64,000 nt of DNA. Source: a virus. The notes beneath the pieces were generated by a model, which was given only the letters and a program-made list of their open reading frames with translations, was not told where the DNA came from and ran no database searches. Below, in pieces: positions 9,381 through 19,430 of the stretch; the stretch's first letter is position 1, and each line of letters starts with the position of its first letter. The position numbers were made by a program, and so were the translations under genes. Location of the stretch: IMG/VR virus record IMGVR_UViG_3300002307_000001, positions 1 to 64,000 of that record; one strand, 5' to 3'.

Positions 9381-10244
9381 ATGAAAAATACACAGGAAAA
9401 GCTACTATTGGGCAATAAAGAGTTTATAGTAAACAGATATCTCGTAGATAGGAAATCCCCCATAAGTATAGGAAGAGAAATTGGTGTTTCTGAAGGACCG
9501 ATAAGAAACAAACTTATAGAGTGGAATATACCTATAAGAACTAATGGAGAATCTCACAGAAAATACAAAGTAAATGAAGAATATTTTAATAAAGTTGATA
9601 CAGAAGAAAAAGCCTACTTCCTAGGGTTGTTATATGCTGATGGAACTATGAATAAAGTTAGACCAACTGTATCTATCAGTTTACAAGAACAAGACAAAGA
9701 ACTATTAGATAAATTACAAATAGCTCTTAACAATGAAAGACCTATGACCTATATTCCACCAGATAAAAGGTTTTCTGGTTGTAGTGCTGCTAATAGGATT
9801 TATATAGATAGTCATAAAATGTGTAAACAATTACATATTCTCGGTATGTACCATAATAAAAGTAAGACAATATCATTTCCAACAGAAGCTCAGGTACCTA
9901 AAGAGCTACATAGGCATTTTATACGTGGGTACTTTGATGGCAATGGTTGTATATATACATATAGTGGTAAAAATTTACTAAGAACTACTCTTATATTGGT
10001 ATCTAACAAGTTCTTAAATACAAAAGTCAAGGAAATAGTACTAAATAATACTGATACAGATGCCTTTGTAGTAATTAAAGCTAATGATATAACAGAACTA
10101 AGATATTGCGGATTAAAAAAATCTATAAGTATTTTAAATTATATATACAAAGATGCAAAAATCTATATGGAAAGAAAGTATAAAAGTTATTTAGAGGTAT
10201 TAGAATTTTATAATAACAGAGAGGCTCTTACAAAAGCTAACTAA
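9381..10244 (+). CDS. free-standing double-motif LAGLIDADG homing endonuclease with N-terminal HTH
   Basis: AYFLGLLYADG and HFIRGYFDGNG motifs; C-terminal YMERK. Confidence 0.88.
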   Translation: MKNTQEKLLLGNKEFIVNRYLVDRKSPISIGREIGVSEGPIRNKLIEWNIPIRTNGESHRKYKVNEEYFNKVDTEEKAYFLGLLYADGTMNKVRPTVSISLQEQDKELLDKLQIALNNERPMTYIPPDKRFSGCSAANRIYIDSHKMCKQLHILGMYHNKSKTISFPTEAQVPKELHRHFIRGYFDGNGCIYTYSGKNLLRTTLILVSNKFLNTKVKEIVLNNTDTDAFVVIKANDITELRYCGLKKSISILNYIYKDAKIYMERKYKSYLEVLEFYNNREALTKAN

Positions 10245-10277
10245 GTAAATTCACAAACTAAATGGAAATAACAATAG

Positions 10278-10315
10278 GGAGGGTATATAATAGTGTATAC
10301 TCTCCTTTGTTGTTT
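10278..10315 (+). terminator. putative intrinsic terminator
   Basis: GGAGGGTATAT/GTATACTCTCC stem followed by TTTGTTGTTT. Confidence 0.6.
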
Positions 10316-10332
10316 CTATTAAATAACCGAAT

Positions 10333-10647
10333 ATGAAAATACTAATAGAAGTAGAAATACCTAATAGAGAGTACCCGCAGTTAGTTTGGGGCATATGGGA
10401 TCTTATAGAATTGTTTTATCCTGACTATTATCATTCAGAAACTATAGCAGTTGAAGGTGATTTAATAAAGTTGATAAAAAAGCTATACGAAAATGGAGAT
10501 CGTGCAGATGACCTATTACAAGCTGTATACAATGGTGATATTAATAATCCACAAATACTAATAGACTCTAACCGGTTACAGAAAGAAATCTATGAAGACA
10601 CTATAAACGCATTCATCAGTAATATAGAGTCAATAAAGCAGATATGA
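10333..10647 (+). CDS. hypothetical protein
   Basis: 104 aa ORF. Confidence 0.65.
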   Translation: MKILIEVEIPNREYPQLVWGIWDLIELFYPDYYHSETIAVEGDLIKLIKKLYENGDRADDLLQAVYNGDINNPQILIDSNRLQKEIYEDTINAFISNIESIKQI

Positions 10648-10809
10648 ACAAGCCAAAGATAGGAGATCTCCGGATAGCAGTATGTGAAGAAACACAGCTG
10701 GAAGTAGTACAGCAATATGTAGGAGCACCAGATGAATGGTTGTGTATTCACAATGATACAGATGAAGAAGATGCAGAAGAAGTAAAGAAATTAAGACAAA
10801 AAGAACAAG

Positions 10810-11016
10810 ATGGAGAATAGAATAATAACAGTAACCGGGTGCCATAACTGCATATTCAAAGATGAAGAATATGAACAGCAGGTGTGTAATGAAATAGCCA
10901 GGACGGGAGCAAAATGGGTAGATAGCAGAGGTTTTCATGAGTTGTATGAAGAAAATCTCTTACCTCTCAGTTGCCCTTTAAGAAGAGAGGAAATAACAAT
11001 AGTACTCAAACGATAA
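10810..11016 (+). CDS. small Cys-containing hypothetical protein
   Basis: CxxC...C...CPL pattern. Confidence 0.6.
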   Translation: MENRIITVTGCHNCIFKDEEYEQQVCNEIARTGAKWVDSRGFHELYEENLLPLSCPLRREEITIVLKR

Positions 11017-11021
11017 AATAA

Positions 11022-11207
11022 ATGCTGAGTAAAACATATTGGAGAAATAAAGTACTCCAAAAAGCAATAAAGAGACATAAGGTACGAATCTATACTCTGG
11101 ATATATCCTGTACTGGTGAATATGGTAATAGGGGTAGAGAGATAGTACAGCCAGAGATAGATGCTGAATTAAGATGCATAAGAAGAATTAAAAAACTGAT
11201 AAAATGA
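11022..11207 (+). CDS. small basic hypothetical protein
   Basis: 61 aa ORF in the operon. Confidence 0.55.
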   Translation: MLSKTYWRNKVLQKAIKRHKVRIYTLDISCTGEYGNRGREIVQPEIDAELRCIRRIKKLIK

Positions 11208-11357
11208 TCCAGATAGATATATTAGAAGAAACCAACTCATTAGAAGAAATGGCAGAAGTATTAGAAGTAATAGCTAGTATGATAAAAGCAGGGTTCACAA
11301 AAGGTTATGATCCTAACTGGGATATAAATGGTTATGAAGAAAAAATAGATATATAAT

Positions 11358-12173
11358 ATGGAAATAAAATACCTAATAGACGGAAGACAAGTAGAAGTAA
11401 TAGAAAAAGTAAGTAAGGGGTATCTGGTATCAGATGTGTATGAATATTATAGTGATGGTGAAGATCCTCAGGAATATACAAATGAATATCCATATATAGC
11501 TAAAGAAGTATTCGATAAAGCTCCTACTAAAAAGTTCGATGAAACTATAATTAAATTACAGGAAGATATAGATAAGCTGCACGATAAGAAAAGAGAACTA
11601 ATAACCTATATAGACACAAGTCAACACGAGCAAGCTGAAAATATTAAAAAATATCAAAAATATAGTCAGTTAAAGTTACTTAATGACTTTATAGATAACA
11701 AGATAACTCACTATGTGTTATTAGATAGTCGTGACTATGATATAGTAGAGTGGAGTACTACAGAAAGTGAATATGCATGTAGCGAAAGAGGTATAGGTAA
11801 AATGAAGCTGTTATCTTTATTTGGAAAAGCAGATGGTAACTTGGAATGGGGATTAAATCAATACAGTGATGGTAGTGGTGGGTCGGGTACATTAGTATAT
11901 CCGGCTATATCCTATGAAAATGCACTAGAATTACTAACAGAACATCTGAATACAGTAATACAGCAGTATTATGATAATCCTGCTACCCTATACTATGCGG
12001 ATAAAGTTGTTAGGTCAGCTAAGAAATATAATATACAGCTGTCAGAAAAGTTCATAGAAGTGTATAAAGAAGCTAAAGCGGTAGAAATAACAAAACAAGT
12101 AGAACAAGTTAAAAAAGAAATACAACAAGCGGAAAACCGGTTAAAGGGACTGGAAGAACAGCTAAACAACTAA
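11358..12173 (+). CDS. hypothetical protein with coiled coils
   Basis: 271 aa; LSLFG...W..N.Y.DGSG segment. Confidence 0.75.
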   Translation: MEIKYLIDGRQVEVIEKVSKGYLVSDVYEYYSDGEDPQEYTNEYPYIAKEVFDKAPTKKFDETIIKLQEDIDKLHDKKRELITYIDTSQHEQAENIKKYQKYSQLKLLNDFIDNKITHYVLLDSRDYDIVEWSTTESEYACSERGIGKMKLLSLFGKADGNLEWGLNQYSDGSGGSGTLVYPAISYENALELLTEHLNTVIQQYYDNPATLYYADKVVRSAKKYNIQLSEKFIEVYKEAKAVEITKQVEQVKKEIQQAENRLKGLEEQLNN

Positions 12174-12174
12174 T

Positions 12175-12405
12175 ATGGGAGAAGAAGAAATCGTGGAAGT
12201 TAGGAAATTAGCTGAATACCTCGCTATCAATGACTGGAAAAGTAGAATGACCAATATACCAGATAAAGATATACAGGTAGCTGAATTAGTAAATACAGAA
12301 GAAGGAATGAAAGTAATATACGATATACACCCTCAATGGGCTAATGATCTGTTCAACCTGCAAACAGCCTATGAGGAAATTATAATGCAATTCGTTAAGA
12401 AATAA
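12175..12405 (+). CDS. hypothetical protein
   Basis: 76 aa ORF. Confidence 0.65.
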   Translation: MGEEEIVEVRKLAEYLAINDWKSRMTNIPDKDIQVAELVNTEEGMKVIYDIHPQWANDLFNLQTAYEEIIMQFVKK

Positions 12406-12406
12406 G

Positions 12407-12414
12407 TACATTCG
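12407..12414 (+). promoter_or_regulatory. putative -7 promoter element (TACATTCG) upstream of primase
   Basis: Variant of TAnnTTTG. AGTACATTCG recurs identically at 23637-23646. Confidence 0.5.
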
Positions 12415-12434
12415 GAACTCTAAAATAATAGCAA

Positions 12435-13427
12435 ATGTTCCTGGAAAAGAAAGTAGAGCCACTAAATATCAATAAGGAACTAATATTCTCTAAAATTTCA
12501 GACTATGACGTGTATAAAATGTATGTGTCTAATTTCAAGTTAGGTGAAAGTATATGCAGCCCATTAAGACAGGATAGGCACCCATCATGGAGTGTATTTC
12601 AGGTAGAAGGCAGGTTAGTATATAAAGACATGTCAACTGGTGAGTCTGGTAACTGTATAACACTGGTAGAAAGGATGTTCTCACTAAATTTCGATAAAGC
12701 TCTTAGAAAGATAGCAAATGACTTTGGAATAGTAAGTGATACTCAAGACTATAAAAAGATAACAGCAGCCTATAACAAGCCTCTAATGCAAGAGAAAATA
12801 CATGCATTTATACAATGTACCTGCAAAAAGTACACCAACAGAGAACTAAAACATTACTGGGGAAGATATGTAGTCATAGGACTGGAGAAACTGCGTAAAC
12901 ACGAGGTATATTCGTTGAAAGATGTGTTCCTGAACAGAAAGAAGATACCAATAGGAAAAGATGAGATGGTATTTGGTTATTACTATAATGGTAGCTGGAA
13001 AATTATGTTCCCGGAAAGAGAGAAAAATAGAAAATGGATCAGCAATATACCACTAGATACACCAGTAGGGCTAAGTAATCTAAATAAAGATCATAATAGT
13101 CTTATTATTAAAAGCAAAAAATGTTATATGGTTATGGAAGAAGTATATCCCTATCTTGCGTACATGCAAAATGAGGGATTAGGTTCTGTAACTCCAAAAA
13201 CAGCAAAGTATATAGATGAAAATAGTAAAACAGTATTCTATGGCGGGGATAGTGATGCACCTGGTAAAAAAGCAAGTTACCTTATTACGAATGCCTATAA
13301 ATGGAATCACGTCAATACTCCAGATATACTACTACCTAATACAAAAGATTGGAGTGACTGGGCATTAGAAGCTCAAAGTATAAAACCAATACAAAATCAT
13401 CTAATAAAAAAAGGCGTAATAACATGA
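12435..13427 (+). CDS. DNA primase (DnaG-like Zn-binding-like and TOPRIM domains)
   Basis: CSPLRQDRHPS, KD..TGE.GN, F..AL..I, TOPRIM DSDAPG and KDWSD. Confidence 0.85.
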   Translation: MFLEKKVEPLNINKELIFSKISDYDVYKMYVSNFKLGESICSPLRQDRHPSWSVFQVEGRLVYKDMSTGESGNCITLVERMFSLNFDKALRKIANDFGIVSDTQDYKKITAAYNKPLMQEKIHAFIQCTCKKYTNRELKHYWGRYVVIGLEKLRKHEVYSLKDVFLNRKKIPIGKDEMVFGYYYNGSWKIMFPEREKNRKWISNIPLDTPVGLSNLNKDHNSLIIKSKKCYMVMEEVYPYLAYMQNEGLGSVTPKTAKYIDENSKTVFYGGDSDAPGKKASYLITNAYKWNHVNTPDILLPNTKDWSDWALEAQSIKPIQNHLIKKGVIT

Positions 13428-13909
13428 CAGATACAAACAATACAGAACTATATGGTCAGGAACTAAAGTTCAAAGTAACAGATAAAGGCACCGGGTACCT
13501 GCTAGTGAGAGCATATACTCAAAGTGAGTGGTATAGCTGTAACTGTGCTTATATGAGTATAGATGAAGAAACTATAGCCAGATATCAGAAGTGTGATCAG
13601 ATAGCCAAGGAACTAAAAGAACTAGACTCCTCATTCGGATATGTAAGTTACTATGAAGGAATAGAGTATCTGAGTACATACGAAGATATAGTAGATGAGA
13701 ATAAGTCATTTAGCTGGATAGAGTTTGAAGAAGGAGGAATAGAGCAGTTAGATGAATTACATACAGAACAGCAGGTAGATACACAAATGATAAGGTTTTA
13801 TGGTGATGGTAATATTAGATTCGTGGGATACGGAAAACACACTAGCAAAGAATTCTGGACAGATGCAATCCACATAAACCTATTAGAAGAACAGATACAA
13901 AACAAGTAA
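13424..13909 (+). CDS. hypothetical protein
   Basis: 161 aa ORF, ATGA-coupled. Confidence 0.7.
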   Translation: MTDTNNTELYGQELKFKVTDKGTGYLLVRAYTQSEWYSCNCAYMSIDEETIARYQKCDQIAKELKELDSSFGYVSYYEGIEYLSTYEDIVDENKSFSWIEFEEGGIEQLDELHTEQQVDTQMIRFYGDGNIRFVGYGKHTSKEFWTDAIHINLLEEQIQNK

Positions 13910-13945
13910 ACAACAATAACTAACTAATATAAAAAAAACAATAAA

Positions 13946-15061
13946 ATGACAGATACACTAGTATATAAAGCAGTAAGTCCATTAGAGGCAATAGTAAATA
14001 AGTTAGAAGATCAGAAGAAAGCACAGTATGATATGGTACTACCAGGTGGTCATGTGCGGTATAATGCAGGTACAGGGTTATTAGAGGTGATGAAAGCCGA
14101 GATAGAAGAATATGCAATAACTGATCTATGTCACCTGCAGATAGGAGATAAACTGGAGATACCTCGATCCTACTATAAGAAGATGCTATCATCTGCACCT
14201 GAGCTACTAGGGCAGAATATTAATGGGTGGTTAAGTAGGAAAGAAAAAACAAAGTTCCTGCTCAGGTCATTCAAATATCCAGATACCAACAACTTATGTA
14301 GAGCCATGCTATCTGACCGGTACTGTATCATGGATAACTATGATGTTCTATTAGCAGCATTAGAGGCAATTAAACAAACAGGTATAGCAGTAGAAATAGT
14401 AAAAGCAGAAATAACAGATAGTCGTATGTACCTACATGTAGTGGCACCTGAGATCCATGTACAGGCTACTGAACTGTTAGATGGGTATCTGGCTAATACA
14501 GAAGCCGCAATCCTCAACAAGGGCATTATAAGTGGTATGGTGATTACTAATAGTGAAGTAGGTATGGGAACATTCGAGGTAAGTGCAAGAGCGCAGATAC
14601 TCAGGTGTAAAAATGGTATGCACGATAGATCAGCTAAGTTCAGAAAAGTGCATCTGGGTGGTAGGTTAGAAGAAGGTACAGTAACATGGAGTCAAAATAC
14701 CAAGAATAAGAACTTCGATCTGATAATAGCACAAACCAAGGATGCTGTAAAGACCTACCTGAGTGAAGACTATCTAGGGCAGTTAACAACTAAGTTAACA
14801 AAATCTAAGGAAGTGCAGATAGAAAATCCAATACAGGTGATCGAAAATGTATCACTATCAGTAGGTATGGGAGAAGAACATAAAAACAGTATCCTCAGAT
14901 ACTTCCTGGGTGATGGAGATAACAGTGCATTTGGAGTACTCAATGCATTCACAAGAGAATCACAGAAGTTAGATGCAGATAATCAGTACCGGGTAGAATC
15001 AGAGGTATTCGAGCTATTACCTGATATACACAAGTTCGATAAACCAAATTCAAAAAACTAA
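13946..15061 (+). CDS. DUF932-like phage/plasmid protein
   Basis: RAMLSDRY..MDN, ITNSEVG.G, RCKNGM, H.G, NAFT motifs. Confidence 0.75.
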   Translation: MTDTLVYKAVSPLEAIVNKLEDQKKAQYDMVLPGGHVRYNAGTGLLEVMKAEIEEYAITDLCHLQIGDKLEIPRSYYKKMLSSAPELLGQNINGWLSRKEKTKFLLRSFKYPDTNNLCRAMLSDRYCIMDNYDVLLAALEAIKQTGIAVEIVKAEITDSRMYLHVVAPEIHVQATELLDGYLANTEAAILNKGIISGMVITNSEVGMGTFEVSARAQILRCKNGMHDRSAKFRKVHLGGRLEEGTVTWSQNTKNKNFDLIIAQTKDAVKTYLSEDYLGQLTTKLTKSKEVQIENPIQVIENVSLSVGMGEEHKNSILRYFLGDGDNSAFGVLNAFTRESQKLDADNQYRVESEVFELLPDIHKFDKPNSKN

Positions 15062-15086
15062 TTAACAACCTAAACAAAAAAGAAAA

Positions 15087-15659
15087 ATGAGCACACGTAT
15101 AACAAAAGCAATTGCAGAAAGTACAGCAAGTAAAGTAGTAGCACCTATAGATGTTAAAATGAAAGAGATAGAATCTCAGATAGAAGAAATAGTAACAGAG
15201 ATCTATATAAAGCAGATACCAAAAGAAGTAATGATCTTGTGGGCTAAGTTCCCTAATTATTGTAAGCGTACAACTATTTTATATCTGAATAGCAATGGTT
15301 TTTCCAAGAGAGCTGTACGTATTAAAGATAATAAAGAGCTTCCCAGAGAAGGTAATGGTAGTTGGGGAACTCCAGAAGTCACTATAACCAAAGAACAAGC
15401 AGTTAAACTAAATAAGCTGGAGGTACAGAAGGAAAAGCTAAAAGAGAAGGAGGAAACTACCTACAAAGAGGTAGAAAGTACACTTCTTGCCCTTGGCACT
15501 TACAAAAGAGTCCAAGAGAATATGGCAAAACTTTATAACCTTCTACCTACAGCAACTAATAACAACATGCAACTGATGATAAACTTAGCTCCTTTAAATG
15601 AAAAGATAGATTGTTTGCTATCTGAAGATACTGAAAAGAAATGCATTTCAAAACTATAA
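15087..15659 (+). CDS. hypothetical protein, possibly Nmad5-like
   Basis: N-terminal RITKAIAE and C-terminal L..L.T.KR pattern resemble Nmad5. Not verified. Confidence 0.45.
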   Translation: MSTRITKAIAESTASKVVAPIDVKMKEIESQIEEIVTEIYIKQIPKEVMILWAKFPNYCKRTTILYLNSNGFSKRAVRIKDNKELPREGNGSWGTPEVTITKEQAVKLNKLEVQKEKLKEKEETTYKEVESTLLALGTYKRVQENMAKLYNLLPTATNNNMQLMINLAPLNEKIDCLLSEDTEKKCISKL

Positions 15660-15669
15660 AATAACTATA

Positions 15670-16041
15670 ATGAGTGTACAAGTAAACCAATATGTAATGC
15701 TGGCAGTTAAACTTCCAGGTACATGGATAGATGAATGGGAAAAGAATAATAAAGATAAGTACTTCTATAGCACATTTGAAGGGTACATGGGTGATAGTGC
15801 CTACAGTACCAAAATAGGTGGTAAGGACGGTATATTCATGCTCTATGATGGTATGTCAGGTAAGTACCTATATGTAGGCAAGGTGATAGCTAAAACTGCC
15901 GAAGATGATGAAGGAATAACAATGGAGATACCCCTGATAGATATTAGAGAAGCTCATGAACTGGAACAGCAGATAAAAGCACTAATAGGACCAGTAGATG
16001 ACCCCTTTCCTAAATACCACATCATAACCCATTACCGGTAA
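15670..16041 (+). CDS. hypothetical protein
   Basis: 123 aa; DGMSGKYLYVGKVI segment. Confidence 0.7.
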   Translation: MSVQVNQYVMLAVKLPGTWIDEWEKNNKDKYFYSTFEGYMGDSAYSTKIGGKDGIFMLYDGMSGKYLYVGKVIAKTAEDDEGITMEIPLIDIREAHELEQQIKALIGPVDDPFPKYHIITHYR

Positions 16042-16081
16042 TATACAGCACACCTGCTATAGACAGTGTAGCTGGTGTATA

Positions 16082-16225
16082 ATCAGGTAGTAGGATAGAA
16101 AAAGTGATCAGAATCTGACAGCAATAAATGCCCTATCCGGAGACCTCAAACCCTCTGTGGTAGGGCATTACAGCTGTTAATGGGCATCTGACACTTTATC
16201 TGCAGTATAGAATCAGATACCTGGT
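16082..16225 (+). ncRNA. long nested rod-like stem-loop (putative structured RNA or origin element)
   Basis: Five nested helices: 16082-89/16218-25, 16101-06/16192-97, 16108-12/16187-91, 16116-22/16173-79, 16127-35/16161-69. Confidence 0.55.
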
Positions 16226-16366
16226 GAGGTGAGTATAAAAGGGGAAAAAGTAAATAGAGTAAAATCCTCGGAAAGTCAATACAGTAAAGGAATACAGAAG
16301 AATCGCAAACTGTCAGTAAAAGTACAATAGTAAAATAACAAATATACATACAAAAATGTACGAAAT

Positions 16367-16957
16367 ATGGAAAGTAATAGTACCTTCGTAGTAAATGATA
16401 CAAAAATGAGCAAGAAGGTTCCACCATTAGACGAAAATAAGTTAAGGAGCAATCCATTCACTGAGACACTAGTAATACCTATAAATGAGCGAATAGATCC
16501 TATCATAAAAGTGAAGGATGAAAACGGTAAAGAGGTAGCTATGGTGAATCCTATGGAATGGACAAAATCCACTAAGGTATATCACAACAAGGGTGCTGGA
16601 GATATGGCACTAGCACTATCAGCAGGGGGATTAAGAATGTATGTATACATAATACACAAAATAGAGTCAGCTCAAGACTGGATAAGGATAATGCCAGAGA
16701 ACTACGCCACCAAGTCAGATAGAGGATCTATAAACACCTATAAACGGGCTATAAACGAACTAATAGAAGCTAAGTACATCTGCCTATCACCGTGTAAGTA
16801 CACATACTACATAAACCCTGCTCGAATATTCTGTGGTAGTAGAATGCAGAAATACCCAGATAACCTAGAACTACGTGATAGATTCACCGGTAAAGATCCG
16901 AAAGCACCACCAAAGAAAGGTAGTAAACAGTGGATGGATGAAAATGAACCAAAATAA
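16367..16957 (+). CDS. RepL-like winged-helix DNA-binding/replication protein
   Basis: LS..GLRMYVYI, T.KRAINEL...Y, YYINP..IF.G.R. Confidence 0.7.
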   Translation: MESNSTFVVNDTKMSKKVPPLDENKLRSNPFTETLVIPINERIDPIIKVKDENGKEVAMVNPMEWTKSTKVYHNKGAGDMALALSAGGLRMYVYIIHKIESAQDWIRIMPENYATKSDRGSINTYKRAINELIEAKYICLSPCKYTYYINPARIFCGSRMQKYPDNLELRDRFTGKDPKAPPKKGSKQWMDENEPK

Positions 16958-16969
16958 ATAAGCAATAAC

Positions 16970-17218
16970 ATGAACCTACAAGATAAGAAAGAAGGAACAC
17001 TACTAGCACAACTACGTAATAAGCTAGGTCCAATAGTCAACTACTTCCAGTTACTGAGTGAGATAGATAAGTACCGGTCAAAAACTGATAATCTATCAAA
17101 GTATCGTGAAGACATCATAGCACAGGCTATTGAGAGTGAGAAAAAGACAAGTATGCAAATGCTACTACAGATAGTAGAGATAATAGAGGAAATGGAAAAA
17201 CAAGAAAACAACCAATAA
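16970..17218 (+). CDS. hypothetical protein
   Basis: 82 aa ORF. Confidence 0.65.
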   Translation: MNLQDKKEGTLLAQLRNKLGPIVNYFQLLSEIDKYRSKTDNLSKYREDIIAQAIESEKKTSMQMLLQIVEIIEEMEKQENNQ

Positions 17219-17287
17219 CATGCCAATAATAAGAGTACTAAAACATGATACAGTAAAAGCAGTTAAAGAGTATAAAGATAGTTAGAT

Positions 17288-18097
17288 ATGATATATGAAA
17301 ATACGGCAGGAAAATTCGGGAAATGGTGTTACTGGTTCAAAGAATACATTGAAAGTGAGGATATGAATCAGTTATTTGCACATATTAAAAGTAGATCGAC
17401 ATCAGGTGCAAAAATATTACCGGCATCTAGTGAACTGTTTAGGTGTTTCAAAGATACAGATCCAGATAATCTAAAGTGCATTATAGTAAATCATTCACCA
17501 TATTGTAATACATATGGTAAAGAAGGCGATAAGAAGGTAGTTGCAGATGGCCTAGCCCTAAGTTGCTCAAATACATGGAAAGATAAAGGACTAGAACCAG
17601 CACTAGCAGCCATCTATCTGGATATGGAGGAGAAATTCGATCCAGAGATGAATATGACAGGTGATCTAAGCTATCTGGCTGAACAAGGTGTGTTGCTATA
17701 TAATGTAGCATTGACGGTGGAAGCAGATAAAAGTATGTCGATGAATGATGCATGGAGTAGTTTCAATAAGTTCTTCTTCGAGAAAGTAGTGAATGTGTTC
17801 TTCCGTGGATTACCTATCATATTCCTAGGCAATGTAGCTGCAAAGAGTGCAAATTACCTCACTCCAATGCTTCACTATCCATTCTTATTACCACATCCGG
17901 ATAGTGCCAGTAATAAGGGTAAATGGAGCAGCAATGGAGTGTGGCAATCAGTTAATAAAATACTAGCACAGAATAACGGTAATCAGCATATCAACTGGTA
18001 CCTGAAAATAGGAGATAAGAAAGTAGATAGAACAAGTAGTTACAAACCAGAGAATAAAATAGATCCAAGTAAAGTATCGGATCTTCCCTTTGATTAA
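17288..18097 (+). CDS. uracil-DNA glycosylase family 1-like protein, degenerate active site
   Basis: ILP...LFR.F, ADGLALS, LSYLAEQGVLLYN.ALTV, IFLG, PHP. The GQDPY motif is replaced by NHSPY. Confidence 0.82.
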   Translation: MIYENTAGKFGKWCYWFKEYIESEDMNQLFAHIKSRSTSGAKILPASSELFRCFKDTDPDNLKCIIVNHSPYCNTYGKEGDKKVVADGLALSCSNTWKDKGLEPALAAIYLDMEEKFDPEMNMTGDLSYLAEQGVLLYNVALTVEADKSMSMNDAWSSFNKFFFEKVVNVFFRGLPIIFLGNVAAKSANYLTPMLHYPFLLPHPDSASNKGKWSSNGVWQSVNKILAQNNGNQHINWYLKIGDKKVDRTSSYKPENKIDPSKVSDLPFD

Positions 18098-18111
18098 TAA
18101 AACAAGATAAT

Positions 18112-18435
18112 ATGAAAGCAATAAAGGGATATACAGTTATTACTGAGTGTATAGGATATGATGAACTCTCTTGGTCAACCGATGAAGGAGGGGTATTACT
18201 ACCTGACATCTACGAAACTCAGTTAGAAGCTGAAAAAGAAATAATCAGATATCAGATAGATAGGTTACAAAGTGTAGAAAGTTGTCTAGAAAAAGGAGAT
18301 TACAATGATATAGACTGGACACCTGATGTATATGTAGCACAGATACTAATAGATGAGAAAGAGAACCTATTGGTATGGGAAGGAGATAGATCACTAATAG
18401 CAACAACATTGCAAAATTGGCGTAATAACAAATAA
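18112..18435 (+). CDS. hypothetical protein
   Basis: 107 aa ORF. Confidence 0.65.
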   Translation: MKAIKGYTVITECIGYDELSWSTDEGGVLLPDIYETQLEAEKEIIRYQIDRLQSVESCLEKGDYNDIDWTPDVYVAQILIDEKENLLVWEGDRSLIATTLQNWRNNK

Positions 18436-18441
18436 ATTTAG

Positions 18442-18534
18442 TACCTTTGTGTAGATAAATGCACTCGTACTGCATTAAAGAAATTGGCCTGTTCATGGTG
18501 TAGGAGTACGAGACCTATACTAATGTTCAGGCCA
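18442..18534 (+). promoter_or_regulatory. promoter plus kissing-loop leader of the HNH gene
   Basis: TACCTTTG at 18442-49; hairpin AATGCA-CTCGTAC-TGCATT; a second hairpin (18485-18534) with loop AGTACGAGA complementary to the first loop. Confidence 0.68.
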
Positions 18535-18549
18535 TAATTATTTATACAA

Positions 18550-19257
18550 ATGAAGTTAATTCAACTTGGAAAAGGAAATTACTCAGTAAAAGTAGATGAT
18601 GAAGATTATGATAAATTAAGTAAATATAATTGGCAATTGTCAAATAAAAGAGCTGCTAATAAATATGCTGTTAGAGATATATACCCAAATAGTAAAAGAA
18701 CAACTGTTAGAATGCATAGAATTATAATGAATCTAACTGATTTGAAATTAGTAGTAGACCACATAGATGGAGACGGACTAAACAATCAAAAAAGTAATCT
18801 AAGAATAGCTACACCTGGTCAAAATTGTGCAAATCGACAACCTTCTATAAATAGAAATTATCTAGGAGTATCTCCTCCAACTACTAATTGTAAACTATGG
18901 AGAGCAAGATGTAAACAGCAAGTTATACAAGCAAGAACAGAAGTTGAAGCCGCATTATTATATAATGAAATGGCTATAAAAACTCATGGGGAATTTGCTA
19001 GATTAAATGTAGTAACAGAAAAAGATAAAAAGAAAAGTGATGAATATATAAATGCATTACCTATAATAATACCAGATACAGAAACTCATAAAACTTGTAA
19101 AAAATGCAATGAACATAAAGAAAGAAAAATGTATAATAATCAAAAAAACTCTAAAGATGGGAAGCAACCCATATGTAAACAATGTTGCAATAAATATCAA
19201 AAATATAAAAGAGAAAAAATTGGAGAAAAAATCTATAGAATATGCAAGTTAACCTAA
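18550..19257 (+). CDS. HNH (HNH_3) homing endonuclease with AP2-like domain and C-terminal Zn finger
   Basis: VDDED, MHR.I, VDHIDGDGLNNQKSNLR, EAA..YN..A...HGEFA.LN, CKKC..CKQC. Confidence 0.88.
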   Translation: MKLIQLGKGNYSVKVDDEDYDKLSKYNWQLSNKRAANKYAVRDIYPNSKRTTVRMHRIIMNLTDLKLVVDHIDGDGLNNQKSNLRIATPGQNCANRQPSINRNYLGVSPPTTNCKLWRARCKQQVIQARTEVEAALLYNEMAIKTHGEFARLNVVTEKDKKKSDEYINALPIIIPDTETHKTCKKCNEHKERKMYNNQKNSKDGKQPICKQCCNKYQKYKREKIGEKIYRICKLT

Positions 19258-19430
19258 CAGATAGAGAAATAGAAGCAATAGGTAATGTAGTAGATCATTA
19301 TCTACTAAAAGAAGAAGCTGATTATAATACATGGTTAGATACTACTAGTGAAGATGAAGTACAATTATTTAATCATATTTATACAGATCTAGAGATATTG
19401 AATAAACTATACATAAAATTGAAGAAATGA
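19242..19430 (+). CDS. hypothetical protein
   Basis: 62 aa ORF. Confidence 0.6.
   Translation: MQVNLTDREIEAIGNVVDHYLLKEEADYNTWLDTTSEDEVQLFNHIYTDLEILNKLYIKLKK

Noticed and set aside
9201-10260. LAGLIDADG gene as part of an intron or intein
   Set aside because: The flanking genes look complete, and I found no intron core or intein termini.
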